DNA of 64,000 nt from Paraphysomonas bandaiensis (Eukaryota; Protista; Chrysophyceae). Made by a program: the position numbers and the translations under genes. Below the pieces are notes generated by a model. The model was not told the DNA's origin. It was given only the letters and a program-made list of their open reading frames with translations, and did not search any database. Positions 50,902 through 62,806 of the stretch are shown piece after piece; position 1 is the first letter of the stretch, and the number at the start of each line of letters is the position of its first letter. The stretch is taken from contig CBFFRP010000377.1 of assembly GCA_965644295.1 (NCBI GenBank), positions 214,361 to 278,360 of the forward strand. The letters run 5' to 3'.

Positions 50902-52913
50902 TAAATTATTTGATTTTGAAACGTATAATGCTGTGTTGAGTTTTGCTGTTTGAGAGCAATTAAAGATTGATAATTGAATTTAAAGAAAGATAGCACGTTC
51001 AATTACTGTAATTAAGTTTAAACCATCCAAGCATGTCAAATCTGGATATAGTATACTGGTTCACAATATTATATTCTTTTCAAATCCCCCAATTGTATGC
51101 TTAAAACATGTATATGTGTATAATACAGACAGAGTCATATCATATACGGTAAAACTCAACTGGAGTTAAAGAACGACTAGTGGGTGCAGGATTTTTTAAA
51201 AAAGAAATGATAATAATATATATATATAGTCTAAGAATCATGATAAACGGCTTAGGTCAGTTTTATTTTTAAGCTACAACAGTTTTGATACCATTACCTT
51301 GCTGTTTGTGGCGCAGACCTCTAATTGACATCAACTTTGCTTCCGCATCAATGGAACACTTGTTTTTTGGACCGATCTACTATCACACCTCATACATACT
51401 CTCTCTATAATACTCCTGAATAATATTATGATAAATATTCTCTATAATATTATGACCAAAACTGTCTAACTTCCAACGCCAATGCGCAATATAATTCACA
51501 TTAAACTTTGAGCAGGACCAACATGGATCATTCCTCTATTCACAGTCACATTAACTAACTGCTCATCTACAAAAATGACACTCATCACCAGAAACATATT
51601 TTCCCCACCTAACTGATTTAGAACCGCTCGCTTGTCCGTTGCTGCAACATAAACTGCTAATTTATATTCAACACTATTTTTTATAGTTAGGTACATACAT
51701 ATATGTGGGCCTTTGTATGTAATGCCTTATTATTATACATAGCAGTAGGCGTTTATCTACAAAAGATACTAAAAATAATTTCACAGCAGTTGTAGTCTGG
51801 AGGGAAAAGTGGAGTAGCTCTACTAGCTTCAGCTCCTCCCATGACCACGAGTAAACAGTCAATCGCACATAATAGCAAATAGCACCTGTCAAGGCGCTTC
51901 TTCAATCAACATCGTTCTTGTGTATATTATATCATTATTTTCAGGAAAGAAGTTGTATGGCTACGAGGATTAGAAGAATTGGGTGCCAAGTTGACACACC
52001 TAACCCATTTCTTCATGAACAGAAAGAGTTCAAAAGGCATTGTGTCACTCTAAAGGCGTTGCAGGATGTTGTGAAGTTAATTTATTGGATAAATTCGAAA
52101 TAGTAGCCTCTAACAGTATCCCAAGTATATGGCTGTCTATAATCTTATGGTTTGTGCAAAGGTATGTAAACTCCCCATGGATGAGAGGAGACGCATCTAG
52201 AATCAGGTCAAAGAACAGGATAAGCACCAGAGAATGTGATAGAGTATGTTTAGTAGGAAGAATTCCCTGAGTGCTATTGTGCGCATATTCGGTGTGCATA
52301 TTTACACCTTCAAAAGTTAGTTCATGTCATTTTTATCCAAAAATATTATCAGATTAGAGGAGATATTATTAAGATGCAGTTCAGAAGACTATTGCTGGAT
52401 TGGATATGATACGTATTGTACTCTAACATAATTCAAACTTATTTATTGCTTCATGGCTATAGGGTGCTAATGTTTTATGATTATAATATTAATATGCAGT
52501 TTAAACTTTAAACTAGTTCCAGTATATTATCGCTTCTCTTCTTCATGTTGTAATAGTATATCGTATTTTATTGGTATTAGTTGCATTTCTACCGCCGGAG
52601 GTGTCCGATGTAGCTAAGTCTATATAATTTTAAGTGCTATTTACTTTTCATGTGGCATGGCCGGAAAATCCTACCTCTCAATTAATTCAGATTACTTTTT
52701 ATTGTATTATACAAGTAATATAAATGAAATAAACCTCGTTAACTATAACACATGAATCAACTGCTTTATGCCCCCAATAAAAGCAGTTAAGCGACTTCAA
52801 AGTAAATACGTCGATATCAGTCACAACCATATTGTTAATCAATACCACAGTAGCCAATTTAAAGGAGTATTTTATTATGCTAACATATATATCGCAGTTC
52901 ATATCATAGTTTA

Positions 52914-54074
52914 CTATTCGGAATCTTTTAACAGTGGGGTGTGACTTTCGTTTCTGCCTGTGCTAGAGGAAGATACCACTTGTGTACCGCGCGAGCCTAA
53001 GAGTGCGGATGTTAACTCTGAGCCTTCCATGTCAGCGCTTTCAATTCTATTCAATTGGTCGGGTGCGGATTGCACTGACCGTGCGCCTTTGTTACCTACT
53101 GGACTCTCTCCGGCTTCACAGTTACTAGAAACGGGCTCCTCTGCAGGTAACTCCACGAGCACTCTATCTGAGATACGGGAGTACGCGGGTGGACACCGCA
53201 CCTTAAGATCATGACCGCGGACATGTACAGTAAAATATTGTCCAGACCTTACGCCCTTGGGAATCGTCACGTATGTTCGTACTGGTTTCGATTCCACGTG
53301 AGGCTGTTTATATGGCGATAGATTAGTGTGTGCAGGCTTGGCGGAGTGGAAGGAGAATGATCGTTGCCTCTGCACCCCATTTTTTCCCCCATCAAAATCG
53401 TCATTGGATATACCATTGGCATCCGCTGGTGCTATTCTGTAAACAGCTTCGGAAGCTTCATCTGGTCCAACCCACTCCTTTGCTGCAGAAGGTCCTTCCG
53501 CAGGTAATTCTACGAGTACTCTGTCTGATATTCGGGAGTATGCGGGCGGGCACCGTACCATTAAATCATGACCGCGCACATTCACACTAAAATATTGCCC
53601 ACATCTTACACCCTTGGGAATCGACACGTAAACTCTGTCCGGACCCGAACGCTTTTTTCCAATGTGATCTGACTTCGACGAACACGAATCCGCTTTATTA
53701 TTCACAGCGGCGCCAGTTCTCTTTCCAATATTTGAAAGATTTTCCGCTACCAATGCTGGATTGGAATCTATGGGTAGTTCAACCACTATTCTGTCAGATA
53801 TTCGTGAGTATGCTGGGGGACAGCGAATCTCCAGATCCTGGCCATTGATATGCACAGTGAAGTATTGGCCTGAGCGGACCCCTTTAGGCACTGTAACGTA
53901 TACTCTTTTAAGAAGACCATGCGAGGAATCCATGCCAATGCCATCGTTCAAATGGGCCTCTGTGCTGAGCATTTTCTCGGTTGACTTGGACCGAGTTAAT
54001 CGAGGGGTATTTACTGAATCTTTCTCACTCCCTACACTCTCATTCTCTCCTGTCGACGAGCTGTAGTTTCCCAT
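52914..54074 (-). CDS. Hypothetical protein with three ~45-aa repeats and predicted N-myristoylation
   Basis: Single 386-aa ORF. MGNYSS start and three copies of R(V/T)YV(T/S)(V/I)PKGVR(S/C)GQYF.V...G.DL..RCPPAYSRISDR..VELP. Confidence 0.8.
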   Translation of the reverse strand: MGNYSSSTGENESVGSEKDSVNTPRLTRSKSTEKMLSTEAHLNDGIGMDSSHGLLKRVYVTVPKGVRSGQYFTVHINGQDLEIRCPPAYSRISDRIVVELPIDSNPALVAENLSNIGKRTGAAVNNKADSCSSKSDHIGKKRSGPDRVYVSIPKGVRCGQYFSVNVRGHDLMVRCPPAYSRISDRVLVELPAEGPSAAKEWVGPDEASEAVYRIAPADANGISNDDFDGGKNGVQRQRSFSFHSAKPAHTNLSPYKQPHVESKPVRTYVTIPKGVRSGQYFTVHVRGHDLKVRCPPAYSRISDRVLVELPAEEPVSSNCEAGESPVGNKGARSVQSAPDQLNRIESADMEGSELTSALLGSRGTQVVSSSSTGRNESHTPLLKDSE

Positions 54075-54752
54075 TACTGATAGCTAAATGATAAAAGCAA
54101 CTCTAACCTCTGGATGAATGAGTGTCTTTGTGAGTGTTGGCCGAACTCTTCTGCCTCATCCTAACTGCAACCCACGACAGAGCACAGCGCAGAAGCAAAA
54201 GAACTCTCGAAAATCCCGGGAATTCTGCAGGAATACAGTGAAATACATACTCACACCAAAAACTACACCAATATAGCACGTACTTCAATGACACTGCTGC
54301 CTCTGCACATATGGACTCCCTCTCTGCATACACGCTGTACATATGTTCCAAGAATAGTGCGCGCTATTGTGGTTGAAACACATCGCCAAAGTATTGCTAA
54401 TCCCCATCAAAACAAACGTAATTCTGTCTTAAATTCACACTCTCGGTTCTCCAGTACAGCAAGCTTAATAGCATCTAATAATCGATTATAGAGATTACAA
54501 ACTCGAGCTATATGCAAAGAAAACTATCTTGCATGCTGGCTCTACTCCCCAGTACGCATACTTTTCTTGTGGATAATTCGTCAGAACTCTTCGGTCGCTT
54601 CAACAAGTCTCCTAAAAATAACTTCGAGTACAATTAATGTTGATTCAGCAGATTGGTTTCAATTAATTGAAAACCAACTAAATTTGGTTCCTAATTTCGT
54701 AAATATAAAGAAGTGTGTCTATCTCTATGGATTCCATTTATATGCTATCTAA

Positions 54753-55050
54753 GTCGATCAGTCTACATACGCTGGCAAGATTCTTGTAACATATGAGGAG
54801 TTTCTTGGTCCAAGGAACAAAACTCGGAAATCACCGTTGCCCCTCGACGCCATGGGCAGGATCAATCATCTAGCTACACCAATATTGTCTCAGGAGTCGA
54901 AATTATCTCTGTCGTAGTCTCCTAAACCCATGCTTTACCTATCGATGAATACGCGTTCGGATATTGCGTATGACGTTGGCTTGTTATCTCGATGACTGCA
55001 GACATATTCACGAAATCTCTGTGTGGTGTGACTACTGGAAGATCAGAAAT
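54753..55050 (+). pseudogene. Decayed copia RT fragment related to element 1
   Basis: DQSTYAGKILVTYEEFLGPRNKTRKSPLPLDAMG and NTRSDIAYDVGLLSR* align to DQSVYAAKILEKFEKYLGSPRKVRKSPLPAEAMD and NTRPDIAYAVGVLSRF. Confidence 0.8.
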
Positions 55051-55535
55051 CTGTGGAGGAGTCAGAGAGAATTCATAAATGTGTTGTAATTGGTGAGGCC
55101 ATCTGAAATGTCGGAGTCATATATGTCCAATGTTTTCTGTTTTATCCTATACTAGTGTTTTGATAGTTCCCTATTCGTCAGTTATAGCTCGTGATGTGAA
55201 GATTTATATCAAATTAAAAGCTGTTGTTCAAAGGTATTTGAATTATGACTGTCAATGGAAAAATACAGAAGTGGTTAACTGTATTATAAGAGCTAAGGTC
55301 ATGATAGCAATCATAGTAGTGAAACTGAAATATATTGACCCCAAAAAAGATCGTGATATATATATCTAAGACTGTATGGAAATGACTGGTAGTTGAGTTA
55401 ACATACATGAATTTCGCGAAAGACAATGAATGATAAGCATTGAGCGTGTATCAAGTTCAGTTCTTTTAGAAATTTCACCATCCAAATATGTCAAAATTTG
55501 ACAAAAAAGTTTGTACTGCGCCATGCACTGCAAGT

Positions 55536-56771
55536 CAGAGCCTGGTAACCGTGTTAATGGTAATACCATAATAATTGCCGGGAACTGCACCACCATTGCA
55601 TATTGAAAGTCGTGTTATTAGCAATAGGCGTTAAAAGCATGCACCAACTTAGTAGCTAGATGAATGCTAGACAAACTACTTAGACGTCTACCTGTAATTA
55701 ATCAGTACACACTTTTTTTATCCTACTATTTAATGCTACGGAAGCTGCTTGTGCGTCGCCGCAAGCACCAAGAAGGTGCGACCACCCCCGGATGCTTGAC
55801 ATCAGCAGGCAGCCAATACTCCGGTTACCCTTCAGGTGGGTCCTGTCCCGAATGCCTGTTTACTCGTCAGGGCCCAAAGACGTCTACACATGTGACACTT
55901 ATTGGTGTCCCTTGTACCACACAAGGAGCATTCGGCTATGAGATTTTATAAGAAAAAGAAAGTATCTCCTTACTCCAGGTTCTTACTTCGCAGCTAACTT
56001 TCGAAAGCTGAAACAATATTTGACGCGACTTGAAAAATTAGGGAGTGCTACGCTTGCCTTACAAAGAGATGGAACCAATTTGTACCGCCAGTTATTTGAT
56101 AAACTGCTACAAGAATTTCCAGAGCTGCATTCATACCTTTCCCTGAATGCAAGCATTGTTGCCAGAGCATATTTTGAGAAGGCAGTGTGGCTAAAATTCA
56201 AGGGAACGATGATAGAGAGTTGACAGGCAATTAGAGAGGAGCAGTTAGAGATCTGCAACTGGATTCATCCATTGATTTGTACACCCGACAGAAAATAACG
56301 AGGACGAGAGTGAAGGAACTGTATTTGCACAGCGTGTTCTAGGTTCTGGACAGCGCCGAGGTCACCACAAGAGAGCTCGACATGGTAGCTATGAGTCCAA
56401 CTCCCGCTGCTTGCTTTATATTGAAGCACAATCTAATTTTGTTGAGAGGCTCTTTAGTCGTGCAAAGTTGATTATCACACCTGAACGTAGAAACATGAAT
56501 CTATACCGTCTAGAATCGTTGCTATTCCTCCGAGCCAGTTACATGTTGTGGGATGCTTATTATACTCTCCATGAAGCTCCGTGCTAGTAGTGATCGAGAA
56601 GTAGTTACAATTCGTAGTCTTCTATTTAACTAAAAATTAGTAATTATTATAGGGAAGCACAACGCTATCTATTATATGAGTGGTGCTATCTACTTTAAGT
56701 TAGTAGGTATTAATGGTAATGCAATTATAATTGCCGGGAATTGCACTACCATTAATGGTTACCAGGCCCTG
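55536..56771 (+). mobile_element. Defective hAT DNA transposon with transposase remnant
   Basis: TIRs cagagcctggtaacc / ggttaccaggccctg. Exact 8-bp TSD ctgcaagt at 55528-55535 and 56772-56779. C-terminal dimerisation-type motif SNFVERLFSRAKLIITPERRNM...LESLLFLRA...WD at ~56430-56555. Confidence 0.9.
55601..55942 (-). mobile_element. SINE-like repeat, 5'-truncated, inside the hAT element
   Basis: Reverse complement of 31495-31843. Confidence 0.85.
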
Positions 56772-57097
56772 CTGCAAGTAATGCTACTTTGTAATTTCCA
56801 ACAGGGATTCCAGATCTTTGATATGGAAGTAGACACAGAGAGCATTCAAACACTAATAGGTGCTATTTCTGACGGTCTCAAAAATATCTTGTAGAGGAAT
56901 ATTCATTACTGATAATGAGATTCAATATATATATCAAGAACCCGCTTCAGATTAGTTTATTCCTACTATTATAAATAAATTTAACATATATTAAGTAGCA
57001 TATTGCTGGTTACAAAGCGGTGCACCGCAATTCCCAAAGAGACACACCGTCTTTTTTAATCGAGGAAAGCTACTATACAGTATTCACATCTACTTCT

Positions 57098-60003
57098 CTA
57101 GTCAGTTCCTTCAGGGCATAAGTCGAACTCGCGCATGTCATATCCGCGCTCTGCAAGAAGTTCCATTAGTTTGTCTATGGTCTGCACACAAGTATTGTTA
57201 TGATATATCAAGCGATGCAAATTACATCTCACTTGTTGTTGTTTATTGACTGTAGCTTGCAAGGCCTGTACACTTTCAAGACAATCCTGTTGTTTCTCTT
57301 TTTCGGCTACCACAGGGACTGCTCCATCAGCATTCAGATCAACCGATGCTTCGTCACTGAGAGATGCTTCGTCTTGTGGGCGGGTGTTACTGAGAGATGC
57401 TTCCAGTGTGGTGTTCAGAGCAGCAGGTTCCTCAAAGGTGTCTTCCGTTATATCACGCAGCAGAGTCTGGGATATGTCTGGCCGTGGCAGAGACTGGTAA
57501 TTAGAAGTCGCATCTCCACTTCTACGACCCATCACTCCTGCTTCCGTCCTGGCGCTACGGTATGCCGCCTCCCACATATCCGACGCGCCGGCCATGGCTG
57601 GTAAGTCAAGATCAGGATGTCTCGGGGGGAAACTAACAGTATCACTGTCCAATTCTTCCTCAATCCGATAAGGGTCATCTTGAAATAGTGTCGGGCGAAA
57701 TCTATACAATACACAAAGAGTAAGCACTATAAAAAACAAATGTATCACAATCATTAAATGACGGAAGGTCACTCACACTCCCTCCCGGTTTAGAAGTGCC
57801 GAGATGCATTCGGGAGGAGTTATGATGGTCGGAATAGCGCTCCAGCGGTGAAAATATTCGGACCAGAGACATACATTTCGCAGAATTTTAGAGAGCGGTG
57901 GCAGAAATAGCAGGGTGGTGGGCGTGTCTTCACTGAATGGGTCCATGAAGTGCTCACTTCGTAAGTAGGATCTGTTGTGGTGCAGATACGTCCACAGGTC
58001 CGGGCAATTGCTCCTGGTGCCAGCTGCATCCTATGCAACCATTATCAGATATGATATACATCTGCAAAACAAATTCATAACACAAAAACGTGTACATCTA
58101 TGAACGCTATCTATACAGCGAATGAGCTGTATACGGCATCTATGTTGGTGGAAGATTCACTACTGACCCTATCTGATTCACAGTTTCCAAGAAAAGTCCC
58201 GAACCGGCATGAGAAGATGTGATCTGCGATGACGAGCAGGTACCGCGTGCTGTATTCGAAATAGTGCGGAAATTGTCTAACCAACTGGTGCATGCAGTCA
58301 AGAAACTGAAAGAAAATAGGAGAGGTATTGTCCTCGTCGCGTGTCGCTCGATCAAGGGAATGAGCACATCGTAGGTGAAAAGGGTGTCCAGCAGCAAGCC
58401 ACTCTTTCTCAACCAGCACACGGAATCCATCAAAAGTTCTAAAAAAGTATATTATTAAGCAAAACCGTCACAAGAGAACAATGTGTCTGTCGAAGTGAAA
58501 TACCTGTAGTAAGGGTCAAGCATAACTTGGGCTAGTGCTACCACCTGGACATCAAAGGTGAAACCGGTGACAAAACCTGTAATGTTCTATCAGTACATGA
58601 TATCAAAACCGTACCTGGGAGGTTCTGTCCCAGCCGTGGCTGCAGTGCACGAGCACTGGGACTCCCTTTTGAATGGATCGCGCACACTCCCAAGCGCATT
58701 TCAGCACCAATCGTACATGTGTCAACCAGTTGGTATCCTCTATCTGTTTCCCAAACGTAACGTCACTGCCAGTTAAATTACCCGGATATGTAAAGAGAGT
58801 GCTGAGGGCGCGAAGGCTCTCACGCATCACGTGAATGTTTCCAATATTCATAAAGTCTAGCTTTGTGTTGGGGTAGTTAGCACTAGGTTCGTAACCAGCT
58901 CCTGCAGCGCGATTAGCCATGGCACTCGTTTTAGGGCGGCAGTCAAGGATATGAAGTAGTGGTACCCCAGACGTTTTTATGAGTCCCTCCGGCGAAAGAC
59001 GTGAAACACAGGAGTGGGCGATTATATCCAGATATGTTTCGTCCTGAACACACGAACCATAGGCTCCTATCTTGGGTTGCGCTGACCGCCATATAGAGGC
59101 ACCACTGTCTTTGGAGACCCAAGAAAGGATAGGAAAGCGTTGCCCAGCACGGAAAGCGGCTACAGCAAAGAGTTCATCATCAGTGATACGGGAAGGCACA
59201 ACCACCAGTCGCGGGTACGAAGGGCAGAGCTTGTACTTATCATTCATTGTCGACACCCGCCACCAAGAGGAGCCCCCTAATATGCTCATGTCCACAGCAC
59301 CCATACGTCGAATCTCAGCCATTGCGTCATAGGGCGGTAGTCGGGCCAAACCCGCAGGCGGAAAGTTGTGCTGGAAGGCAAATACAAACTGGACATTATT
59401 AGGAAAGGCATATGCACACATGGCAGAAAGGGCTCGGTCAATCTCTGAGTCAGATAGGATAGATACATCACTGCATGAGGGGTCTGAATTTTTCGCCTGG
59501 AGAAATATTTTGTGCACACGCACATCCTTGCATGTTACCACTATAGTGCGTCCTAGATTTTTGGAATCACGCTTCTCTCTCTCAATTTTATCAATACATG
59601 ACAGTGGAACATTAAGCATGGAGTAAACAGATGGATTAGATGCGGCAAGTGATGCCAAATGTGCTCTGGAAGGGAGAAACGACATCCTATAAGTGGTCAT
59701 AAAAAGAGTACCGGGTATGAGCCTTCCTGGGGTCAGCTGTATAAGTAGGTCGGGAAGCTTCATCAATGTTCGTTCACCACTGAGCAATGGGAAGTAATCC
59801 TCTATAGATGGAACGTCATACATCCCATACGATGGAGTAACCTCCTCGCTCTGTTCGTCCGTTTCATCGAAATCGGTAGAGGGCACATCTGCTTCCTGAC
59901 TCTGCCTTGCACTGGCTTCAATCGCGAAGAGTGACAACGGGTCGATCTCATCGGCCTCGGTTTTCGTCACTCCGCTGAACTTGCTTTTCATGGAACGCAT
60001 CAT
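57098..60003 (-). CDS. Myotubularin-family phosphoinositide 3-phosphatase, multi-exon
   Basis: GRAM-like GTLFMTTYRMSF, WRVSTMNDKYKLCPSYP, FRAGQRFPILSW, DCRPKTSAMANRAAGAGYE, IGNIHVMRESL, VLVHCSHGWDRTSQ, VEKEWLAAGHPF, SPIFFQFLDCMHQLVRQFP, FGTFLGNCESDR, and a C-terminal coiled coil. Confidence 0.93.
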
Positions 60004-60514
60004 CGATACAAGATAAAATTAATAATTATCGAAGGACCTCTCAATAAGCATACGAAGCCCAACAAAAGGAATGCAAATGACAATAATATTGCCACGTATG
60101 ATAATATAGTTGGACTGCAATATCAATTCATACGCACAACAGTATGTACATAGTATCTGGTATACCAGGAACTGTATACCCATACATACGCCTCACCGAA
60201 ATTGTGATAAAAAATGATTAGAATTCCTAGGGTTTTCAGTACATGAAGCCGTAAAAAAAATCGTGGCCAGGGCCGAATTTTACACCCGAGTACTCCTACT
60301 CGCTCCAGGAATTCCACACAATATATGGGATACTGGAATACAGCACATGAAATACGCTTATATTTCCAATGTGTGTGTCGTTTTGTGTGACTATTGCTGT
60401 TGTAAAGTTATCACAGTCCTCTGGTGCGCATCGACTATAAGCATCGCAATAGAATCCACATCGCAACGCAAGTTGTTTGTTTAAAGCTACTTCGTCTATT
60501 TTCTATCTTGCACC

Positions 60515-62332
60515 ATGGCCGATTCGAGTGGAAATAACGGCATGGAAGAGTCCGCCCGAGCAGCTCAAGGTTAGATCGATTGTTGCAAACATGCAGCGTG
60601 ATTTATACTCGAATCGTATAGATGAAAACGTTAGTAGCAGTACCTCTGGAAAATTTATGAGGTTTGAGAAGTGGCTCTTGGAGAACGGTGCTAAGTTTCC
60701 TAATCTAGAATTGAAGGTGTGATGACTTTTCGCCTGGATGTTTAATAGTTTGTAATTCGTGTCACATACAGGATTATGGAGACGAAGTTCGTGGTTGCCA
60801 CGCTGTTACTGATATTCATGAAGATGAAGTTATCATTGAGATTCCGTTGCGGTGTTTAATTACTGTGGAAATGGGAAAAGATACAGACGTAATATCACAC
60901 TGATGACCTCATTCGAGATGATTGCTTATTTTTAGGTTGGGAGGGCGATATTGGCGTCTAATATTGATCTGGATGCCCCCAAACACATATTTTTGATGCT
61001 GTTTATGCTTATTGATAGGAAAAAAAAAGACAGTTTCTTTAAGGTATGCCCTGATTTGTATTGATGAAATGTAAGAGTTGCTGATGATGTTTACAGCCTT
61101 ACTATGATATTCTCCCTGAAACGCTCAATAACATGCCAATATTCTGGACCGAGGCTGAGTTGGAGATGCTAAAAGGTTCCTATCTTCTTCAACAGATCGA
61201 GGAGAGAAAGCTGGCCATAGAGAGTGACTACAATTCCATGTGAGTCCATTGATGTTGTTGTCTGTCATATTGATCTGTTTTGTCTTCTGTTTTCTACACT
61301 CAGATGCGAACTGTCCTCCTCCTTCGCAGATATATGTACATTGCACGAGTTTGCCTGGGCCAGAATGTGCGTGTGTAGTCGGAACTTTGGGCTCATGATC
61401 AATGGCCTGCGCACCGCTGCTTTGGTCCCCTACGCGGACATGTTGAACCACTATCGGCCTAGAGAGACCAAGTGGCAGTTTGAGGATGCGAGACAGGGCT
61501 TCACCATTATTGCCCTCAACAAAATAGCATCGGGAGCACAAGTGTACGACTCATATGGGCAAAAGTGCAATCATCGTTTTCTTCTAAACTACGGCTTTTC
61601 TGTGGAGAACAACACCGAGGAAGATGGATACTGTCCCAATGAAGTACCTATGCTATTCCAACTACTCCGAGAGGATCCACTCTTTGACACAAAGTGTGCA
61701 ATGTGGCAGCGAGATTCGTTCATCCCTCTACGTCGACTTCGACTAGCTGTTGCTGAGAACGATAATTACCGTCTCGCACTCGCCATGTTGCGTATCATAG
61801 CGGCTAACGCCTCGGATATAGAGCGCATCGGTCAGATATATGGAACAGGGAGTTACCGTTCCGTTCGAGATCTTCAGATGCCTGTGAGCCGGCACAATGA
61901 GTCTCGAGCCATGCAACACTTAAAGAGTATGTGCGAAGACTACTTATCCAGGTTGAGTGTAAATCTGCCTGTGTTATCTAGCTAGTCAATGAATTGCGTT
62001 TCAGGTACTCCACAACGTATGAGCATGACTGCAAATGCCTAGCATCAGATCTTCTCAAACCATTTTCGAACGAAAGGCACGCAGTCATACAGTTGCGCGG
62101 TGAGAAATACATCCTTAAGTTTTATTTGAACTTTGCCGATACTGCGATCGCACTACTGTCGTGTCGTTCGAACGCGGAGTTTATGCAACAGATGGAAAGT
62201 TGCAAGGAGAGCGCTCACCCACTACTCATCAAGTATTGCCAAACAGTTATTCTGAGACTCCGCCGCGATGAGGAGAGAGAAATTGAGCAGATGCAAAAAA
62301 ATGTAGATTTATCGAAACCAACCGTAGTTTAG
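60515..62332 (+). CDS. SET-domain methyltransferase, SETD3/Rubisco-LSMT type, multi-exon
   Basis: FEKWLLENGAKFP, PYYDILPETLNNMPIFW, FAWARMCVCSRNFG, ALVPYADMLNH, QVYDSYGQKCNHRFLLNYGF, and an LSMT substrate-binding-like tail (YSTTYEHD...LRGEKYIL). Confidence 0.9.
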
Positions 62333-62806
62333 ATGGTGGATTTCATTTTCTGGGGTACGTAATGGCATTGTAATAAATGAAACGTCTTTGGTTTTCAGTT
62401 GTCTAGTGAGTTGCTATGTCATCTGCTAGGTGTGGTATTGCTGTCAAAGGAATTGTTGATACCAATACATACATGAACTGATGTGCCTCGCATACCACTG
62501 CAGCTCACAACATTTCTGGTTTCTGGTGTAGCTCATGTATTATACATTGTCCAACCACATCCCTCGTATCATTCTACCTGCAAAGTCTAATGCCCCACTC
62601 ACACCTCAACACTGTCCTTTGCAAATAGTATAATATGTACACTTCCTACTCCGCTATATATTATATTCGATAATAAAAGTTGCTAGAAGTTTTTCGTACC
62701 CATGCGGCTCAAGACCAAGTGGTCTAATCAGGGCTGCGCAACAAATAATTGTCAATTGGCGCAGGTTGTAGTCTTATAATTGCAAATATTACTTAATGTT
62801 CCAATA

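Noticed and set aside
51900-52330. Possible decayed transposase (Cys/His-rich) fragment
   Set aside because: Broken frames and no motif I can assign with confidence.
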